The notes under the pieces were generated by a model that made no database searches, was not told the DNA's origin, and saw only the letters and a list, made by a program, of their open reading frames with translations. The translations under genes and the position numbers were made by a program. Below, one piece after another: positions 52,301 to 64,000 of a stretch of 64,000 bases of DNA. Position 1 is the first letter of the stretch. Each line of letters begins with the position of its first letter. The DNA is from Daphnia carinata (Eukaryota). The DNA lies in the NCBI RefSeq assembly GCF_022539665.2, contig NC_081331.1:6448001-6512000 (forward strand). The letters are read 5' to 3'.

Positions 52301-53758
52301 GGCAGAAACCCTTCTGCAGAATGGTTATCCCTAGGACGTTGCCAGATATGGGCTTAAAAACCTTAGATTCGGAATTTATTTTCTTTTTTCATTAAACCAA
52401 AGTCATAGAAGCCATAGTTGATCAACTCTGAGAGAAAACAGTTCCCGCCAGCTTTTGTCCCCGAAAAAGGACAAATTTAACAAATCGATAATCGAAATTT
52501 CAATTTTACCATAGGTCAGCCATCCAGTGCCTAGCCCAATAAGATCTATGCGTAAAGGCAATGGTCAGGTGCTAATTAAAGAGTGGTATTGAAAATCCTA
52601 CCTCCGAGAGGCTCTAATCCTAGAATTTTTAAATGAATCTAGTGTCGTCAAAGATATCATTTATTCCTATACGACAACTTGAGCCCTATTTTTCTATTTA
52701 AATAACACAGGTTGGGTAAGCCAACTTGTGTATCAGATATGATTTCCTAAAATTTCATTTGATAATGTAATTTTTTTAAAGTTAATTTTGTAATAAAATG
52801 GTTATACTGTAATTCCAAAATGGTTACTTCAATTTATTGCTTTGATGACATTTTGCTTAATTTTTTTTTCTGGCTCTGCCATTACTCCATTCATCTACAA
52901 CTGTGGCCAACAGATGGACAAGCGTGAGTCGGCGGCCTGTCAAACCGATTTTGCATTTCCTAAGGAATATTGATCTAAAGATTTTCGCCCTTTGGAGAAA
53001 CAGGGCAGGGAAAGCACATTGGCCTTAATAATTCTATTCTTCCTAGTCCATAACAGGTTTGCATACTTCTCATGTGATTCGAGTGTGACTGGCTATCATA
53101 AAAAAAAACAAGAAGAAAAACAAGTTCTCAGGACCTCAACTGATCTCATTCTCAAGTGAATTTGAGTTGTCATGAAGCTCGCGCCAGTTGCTTTGTGTTT
53201 GTACTTGCAGTGCTAACGTGTTAGAGGAATATCGGAACGAATTAGAGAAAAGCTAGGTAGGAGCATAGTCAATAATGCTTTTGTGTTATCACTTACATCT
53301 TACTTGATTACATTTAACACCGATGCGTTGAGGTTGACGTTGCTGGAGATTGGGTCTAGAAACTACCCGTTGAAAGCCGCTGTCCAAATTCCATTTTTGT
53401 TTGCCTTTGTTGTAACAACATAGAGGTTATGTTTGTGCACTACAGTCCAAGTGTCAATTCATTTTCGATCTATCGCCCTTTTTTGTATCAGTCCAAAGCC
53501 CAGTTATTTCGACCCGGAAGCGTTTTTAGCAGACAGTTTGTATCACCGCGAAGTTGGTATTTCCCTCGCCGGTGATAAAGTGGGTATCAGTGGGTGAACT
53601 CAGCACCAGAATTATAGAAAATTACAAATCCCTCATATTACAATAGTACCGTTCGTCTAGATATTAACATCGTTCCATCTGGTGTTCTATGTTGCCTGCT
53701 AGAAATATGCAAACAGCCTTGAAAAGTTGTATACATTCTTAGGTAGCTCTCAGCAAAA

Positions 53759-54972
53759 ATGGAAAACGAAGCCGAAAAAAAATTTTTCCGTCTAAAACAT
53801 ATAATTCCAAGAAATTTGTCAGCGGCTTCCGTGAGTGCTAGTGCCATTCAACCGATGAACAAGCAACCTGCTTTGGTTAATGCCCCAGAGGAATTTATCT
53901 TCAAAATGACTTACGGGAACGTAGCAGGTATTTTGCTGGTGTGTACCTTTTAGTTGTTGGGAAACTTGGGGCAATTTGTTTTCGTTTTGAAAAGCCAAAA
54001 TATGGGGCCCTCCTGACGGACACCCGGTTTTTGCACTTCATGGCTGGTTGGATAACGCCAGTAGCTTTGATGCACTGATTCCTTTATTACCGCAAAATCT
54101 ACGAATAGTTGCCGTCGATACCGTAAACAAACTCACCTTTGCCTTTATCGTTACACTTTTTTTTTGCTAATATTTAGAAAAAATCTTTCTTTACAGGCTG
54201 GTCATGGATTCAGCGACCCTTTCCCACCTGACATAGCCTATAATTTTATTGACAGTATACTAGCCATCGAACGGCTCGCCAGGCATTTCAAATGGGAGAA
54301 ATTTTCGATAATAGGACACAGTTTAGGCGGTGCGATGGGCATGCTTTACGCGGGAACCTTTCCAGGTTGGATTAATTTGAATAAACGGGTATCTATACAT
54401 TATTCAATCACCTCACGATGTTTCAATTTTTAGATAAAGTAGACAAGCTTGTATGTCTCGATGTAGTCCGCGTCATCCCCACGAAAACCGAAACGATTGA
54501 TCTCAGGTTGAGTAAAGCAGTTAATAAATTACTCAAGTTGGAAAATGCCATATTGGCAGGCCCCGAAAAACCCATGAGCTACGAAATGGCTGTCGAGAAA
54601 TGCGTTACGGGCACATTTGGATCGCTTGATAAGAAAGCCTGTGATATTCTCTTTCAACGAGGATTAAGAAAGGTTGCAGAAGACGGATATGTCTTTAGTC
54701 GAGACAGAAGACTTCTGGCTGCTCCGTTGTCGTTCATCGCCAAAGAACATCAACTCTTCTTAGCTCACAAAGTTACGGCGGATGTTTTGGTCATCAAGTA
54801 TTCTGAGGGACCTTATTTTGAGGCTCCTGAGGATTACGAAGAACACATTGAAGCTCTGAAAACGAAATCAAAACGTGTTCAATACGTTCAAGTGGAAGGA
54901 ATGCATCACACCCACCTTACAAACCCCGCGTCCGTCGCTCCTATTATTTCCGACTTTTTTAGAGGACTTTAA
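53759..54972 (+). CDS. Serine hydrolase-like (kraken/SERHL family) alpha/beta hydrolase, copy 3 (4 exons)
   Basis: HGWLDNASSFD, GHSLG, RDRRL, EGMHHTHL; paralogous to copies 1 and 2. Confidence 0.92.
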
Positions 54973-55933
54973 ATGTTTATATTATTGTATCATTATACAT
55001 ACCAAAAACCATTTATTCTGTTTCAATACTCTTAATTCTACACACCTTAGCGAATGGAAAATTTTTTCGTTGACTTGGTTCTTACTTCAAATACATTTTA
55101 TGGGGTCACGTAACAAACGGTAGAATTTTTCATGTCATTTGGCAACATTTTTTTTTCTTAATCACTAAATCCAAAAGCAATTACCAAATAGGAAGGGATT
55201 TTCTTTGGGGATTGTCACGATACTTACACCAAGTAGTAAAAAAAACCTACTGGCGCGTTAGATTAATAACATTTTGAGGCTTAGCTTCTCAGGAAGACTA
55301 AAAAAAAAACTATGGGTGCTCTAAATAAACGTCAATCGTCCCTGCAATCCTTTTCAAATATCCAAACGGCTGTAAATTCAATATGTACTTGATTTTTTAA
55401 ACTATACTAAATAAAACCATTCGATTTAAATGCATCAAGGAAGCGGGTTTACACACGATTTGTTAAAAGTGTAACAAAGAGTTAAAATGAAATGATTCCA
55501 CAGATTAAAATTTACTTACCCACGCTAGATATTCTAATCGTAATAACTTCTAAAGCTAAGAAGAAAGATTTCCCAATCCCATCTAGATCTACGCTAAAAT
55601 GTAAGCCCCAATTATCTATGCCTTCAAAAGCGTTTTACGATTGGTCCTTAACCCACAAAACATTAGGAATGCGAATCGGTAAGATATAGTTGTGGTGGGG
55701 TAGATTACTATGGCCTAACCTATGGGTTTATACCATACGAATTTGAGCATTAGTAGAAGCAATCTTATTTAATTAGACATGGCCACTCCTTTCGGACTGC
55801 AATATGTCTGAATATTTTGGGGGAAAATTATCGTCATGCATGACGTTAAAAGGATAATTTAGCTTAATTATTATATTAAGGTTACTTAATTTCAAAGAAG
55901 ATACTTACCTCTCCATTTTCAAGACTCGGTGAA

Positions 55934-58547
55934 TTAGTCAATAAGTCCAGCCGAGAATATGGCAACGTGATTTCGGTGGCAGTCCATATTACTTATGGCA
56001 TCACACACCGCTAAGCCCTCGCGAACATAACCGAATACGGTGGATGTTCGATGGTTATCTGGGCTTTTTTCGCCAAGGTGAATGCAAAAATCCGTCGATA
56101 CAATGCTACACTGCGTCTTGACGTAGTCGCGTTTCAGTCGGAAAAAGATGGCTCCACGGGTTTTTTTCAAAGGGGAATCATCCGCCATGTACATTATTTC
56201 ATGACCCGGAATTTTGCCCCCCATGATGAATGCTTTTTCTTTTGACTACGACAACAAAGTTCGTCTTGAATTAATTTTAATGGAATGTCATTTATAAGGA
56301 AGTAGAACGCTTGCCTGGTAAATAAGAGTTCCTTGATAGGAGGGCCCTTTTTTCGTTACACAACACTGCACGAACTTATCGCACATTATTGGTGCCATCC
56401 TAGTCAAAGTAAAAATATTATCAAAAAATTATCAAAGCATTTCCCATTTTTGAAATGTGGTAACGTAAATTTAAAAAATAAAAAAATGATAAAAGGCCAA
56501 TATAAATAGAATACTTTAATTGTAGTTCAATGATAATATTTCCGTATGACTGCCCGTTCACCGCTAGAGCCAGGAAAGCTTTTCTAGTTTGCACCGACAT
56601 CAAAGGCGGTATGGTGCCTAGGTCGGGGCCTTGAAAAGTCTTCAATTTTGTACCCATTTGCTCGTTCGAAGGTACACGTTCCCATTTTTGGGGGCGGGCA
56701 CACGTTTGTTGCTCTTTTTTTGGATAGTCACGATACGGCAATGCTCCGGAAGAATCCGGTTTATTGGAACTGAACGACTTAGACCTCCGTAAGCTGGGGT
56801 GTATTGGTGCGATGGGTTTGCTCTGTGTTGTAGGCTCAGCCTCATTCCCAACAGCTTCTTCTTTCCCTTCTGCTCTATCCATTTGAAAATTGACCGTTTG
56901 CTGCCCTTTTCTCTGGGTTTCTGACATCTTTCTGGGTGGTATGGTTGTCATTCGTTGTCCTTTTTGGATGCTCATAAAAATCAAAAATGAAAGCATAGTG
57001 AGAAGATGCGATTCCAGCTCGTTTGCCCCCACCGAAGGGAAATTAAGCACGGCAGAATTGAACAGCGATGTCGGCAATTGTTGACTGTCCGGAGTTTTGA
57101 TGTCCAATGAGACGACCGAATTACGGATTCGATCGAAATCTGTTGTTTTAACGGCTGTCGTTTGTTCCACTAATTTGCTGTACTTTTCAATAGACGTGTG
57201 TATAGCTTTGTCCTTTTCCCGTTCCTCGGGAGTACTATCCAATAAACTGGTCACAACCTGTATGGGCGCGAGAACATTATTACGGCGATATATTGCTAGA
57301 CAATGTCAAACCATACCCTTAGCTCCTTTTGAAGTTTCTTCATTTCGAATGCGTTCTCTTTTCGGTGAAAATCTGCTTGCCGGGTTAGGGCTCTTAGAGC
57401 AGATTGAACCCCGTCTAACGCCAAATCTATCTACATTTTTATAAACAACAATATACACACGGAAAATATAAATAATATATATATGTACCGTATAAATATT
57501 TGTATTTTAATACCTTGTGGTGTTTAGTGAGATGCCCACCCAACTGGTTCTTATACTTGATAAGAAGATCCTCGAAATGAGCATCGATTTTATCTTTCGC
57601 TAACTCCAGGTCCATAGCGGTATGCTCTTTAACACAATCTGATTCTTCTGTAACGCGCGATTTGCAATGCAAACACCACAAATGGCCCTCATTTTGAACT
57701 TCTGTATAGGAAAAACTTTAAAAGATGGACATTTTTGTCACATAAAATTACTCTACATATTTAAAGAAGAAGAAAATAGAATTTGGGATATACTGACTTG
57801 TCGCTTGGGAAAACAGAATCTTCTAGCTGTGCCGTAATTTTTTCATTTGTCTCGAGTCCCATGTTCTCTTTTGTAGTATCAATGGAACTTTCTTTCTTAC
57901 AAGTCGGGCATTGGATGGTTGTATTGCCAGTTGTTTCCTTCTTCAAAAATGGTTAAATAAACAAGTTAATAATATAACAATAATACGTCATCGGAATCTT
58001 GGGAATTAATTGAAGATCAACTTTGCTTGACTGTAACAAGGATTCACATGCAACTTTTGTACGTGTGACTGATGCAATCGTAAAATTTTCTGGTTGCCTC
58101 TGACTCGAGATGACATGAATCTCATAGCGGATTGGCAATGAGATGAACCGGTGTAGTAATACAGGTAAGTCCACATTCAGACTGTCAAAACTCTTTGCTT
58201 TGTTACTAGTTGCCACTGTTTCACAGAGTTAATCTCTTTGCCAATCCGCCTCTCGAGATAATTTTTCTTTAAATAATACATCACCTTAAGCCATTGCTGA
58301 AAAAAAATCTTTTTAAAAGTTAGGAACGCTATCTTATCTACTGGTTCGAATCTGCTACAAGTCACATATCAGTGTTCCTTAAAATTAACGTTCGTTAAAA
58401 AACTTTAAGTTAACTGGCAATACTAACTTGAAGACACGCGAGGCAAAACGTGTGAAAGCAGGATAAAAATAGTGGTTTTCTTTTGAGGATATCGTACTCG
58501 TCTCTGCAGATATCACAAGTAAGTAACACAGCTCTCTGCGACGCCAT
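55934..58547 (-). CDS. RING-HC + degenerate B-box + coiled coil + cyclophilin-like domain protein (TRIMCyp-like architecture), about 7 exons
   Basis: Exon 1 (58547-58428, absent from the ORF track) MASQRAVLLTCDICRDEYDILKRKPLFLSCFHTFCLACLQ splices to KETTGNTTIQCPTCKK. Then WCLHC..C..H, helical exons, a linker, AFLALAVNGQSYGNIIIEL, APIMCDKFVQCCVTKKGPSYQGT, and TVFGYVREGLAVCDAI..IFSAGL. Confidence 0.8.
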
Positions 58548-59653
58548 TGCTGATCAGTTAAAAGCGCACTTGCATGCGTCCTAACCTGTCGAATAAAGTG
58601 CGTGAACTAAAGCATTTAAATTATTGCCCAATCTACTTGCGTGCTGATATGAACTGATAACTAGTATCGCTGCAGCTGGTAGTCCCCTCTGTACACGCTA
58701 CAAAAAATATTGGTAATTTTTGTAACGTCCTGCAATTGGAAAATAACGTCTTCAACTACGTTGTTAACATCAACATTCAATTCGGATCTGCAAAGCAATT
58801 TAATCATAAAACTCCATAACTACACAAAATGGATAAAAAAAAATCAGACGAATATTCCGACAAAAACGATTGGATCTATCGCAACTTGTTAAACAAACGA
58901 CAACGATTGGTTTGGCTTTCCAACTACGTAGGATCGACCAAGTCATATTGTCCAAATTTAAATACGATGCGCCGTCAAAGGTATACATGGCTAACGTGCA
59001 TCGATACGGTACACAATAACAAACAATGAAAAAAAAATCAGGACATTCTTTTAGGGCACGCAATCAGGTTCAATTGCGTACGAAAAGCGTTGCAACAGGT
59101 ACTTCTTAGTTTTTCATTATTTTTTGTCTGTTTCTCTTTTTTTTTTTTCATTGCCGGAGTAATTGCCCAAACAGTTATTGATTGGCTTGCAAGTTAGAAT
59201 TTTTCAAAATAGATACACTTTTCACGTATTTACATTCGACATAATTATGATTATGTATAGTATTATATGGACTGTATATAATAATATATAGAAGCCAAGA
59301 TATTGTTGGATAAGTATCACATGTAAACCAGACTAAATGTAGAGGCGTCCTTATTTTTGTTGTTGTTGATGTTGCGCAGGGTAGGTTTCTACATGGACCT
59401 TTCAATTTGCAAAAAAAATGAAAAAATAAATAAAAATAGATAAAAGATTAGAGTGAGGGGGGGGGGGGGGACGAAGCGCTGGGTACCTTGAAGCGGAGAC
59501 ACGTCAGGTTATAAGGCTGCCGAGGGTAGACGGAATAACCAGAAACGAAGACATGCTCTGTAAAACGGTATTGCACTACAGACGCTTTTTAACCTTCACC
59601 GGATAACAATTTTTGCGAGAAAAAATGTTGAAGAGACTATGTACTGCTCAGGA

Positions 59654-63961
<4,308 letters not shown>

Positions 63962-64000
63962 ACGCGTATTGTTTTGGTCAACATTGCGAATTGCGTGGGG

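Noticed and set aside
57953..58216. ORF MATSNKAKSFDSLNVDLPVLL as the start of the RING gene
   Set aside because: It lacks the RING cysteines. The real first half of the RING lies at 58547-58428 and splices over this region.

Overview
Eukaryotic, intron-rich, AT-rich DNA with many 60-70 nt introns and long poly(A)/poly(T) runs. Gene content and intron style suggest a branchiopod crustacean such as Daphnia (inference). The first ~10.8 kb shows no convincing CDS. It is followed by an orphan single-pass membrane protein (-), IQCA1/DRC11 (-), a secreted cyanophycinase-like (peptidase S51) protein lacking its catalytic Ser motif (+), a mu-class GST (+), a single-domain globin (+), the clock gene period with an E-box/D-box upstream region (+), three kraken/SERHL-like alpha/beta hydrolases (+), ADAL (+), a ~4.9 kb TIR-bounded element holding a ~3.5 kb near-perfect palindrome and a hidden 5-exon ORF, a RING-(B-box-like)-coiled-coil-cyclophilin fusion gene (-), and the 3' part of winged eye/BAHCC1/TNRC18 (-). 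The most striking observations are the TRIMCyp-like gene with an apparently inactive cyclophilin domain, the bacterial-type cyanophycinase pseudo-enzyme in an animal genome, and the giant palindrome. Exon structures were assembled by eye and family assignments rest on remembered motifs, not database searches.
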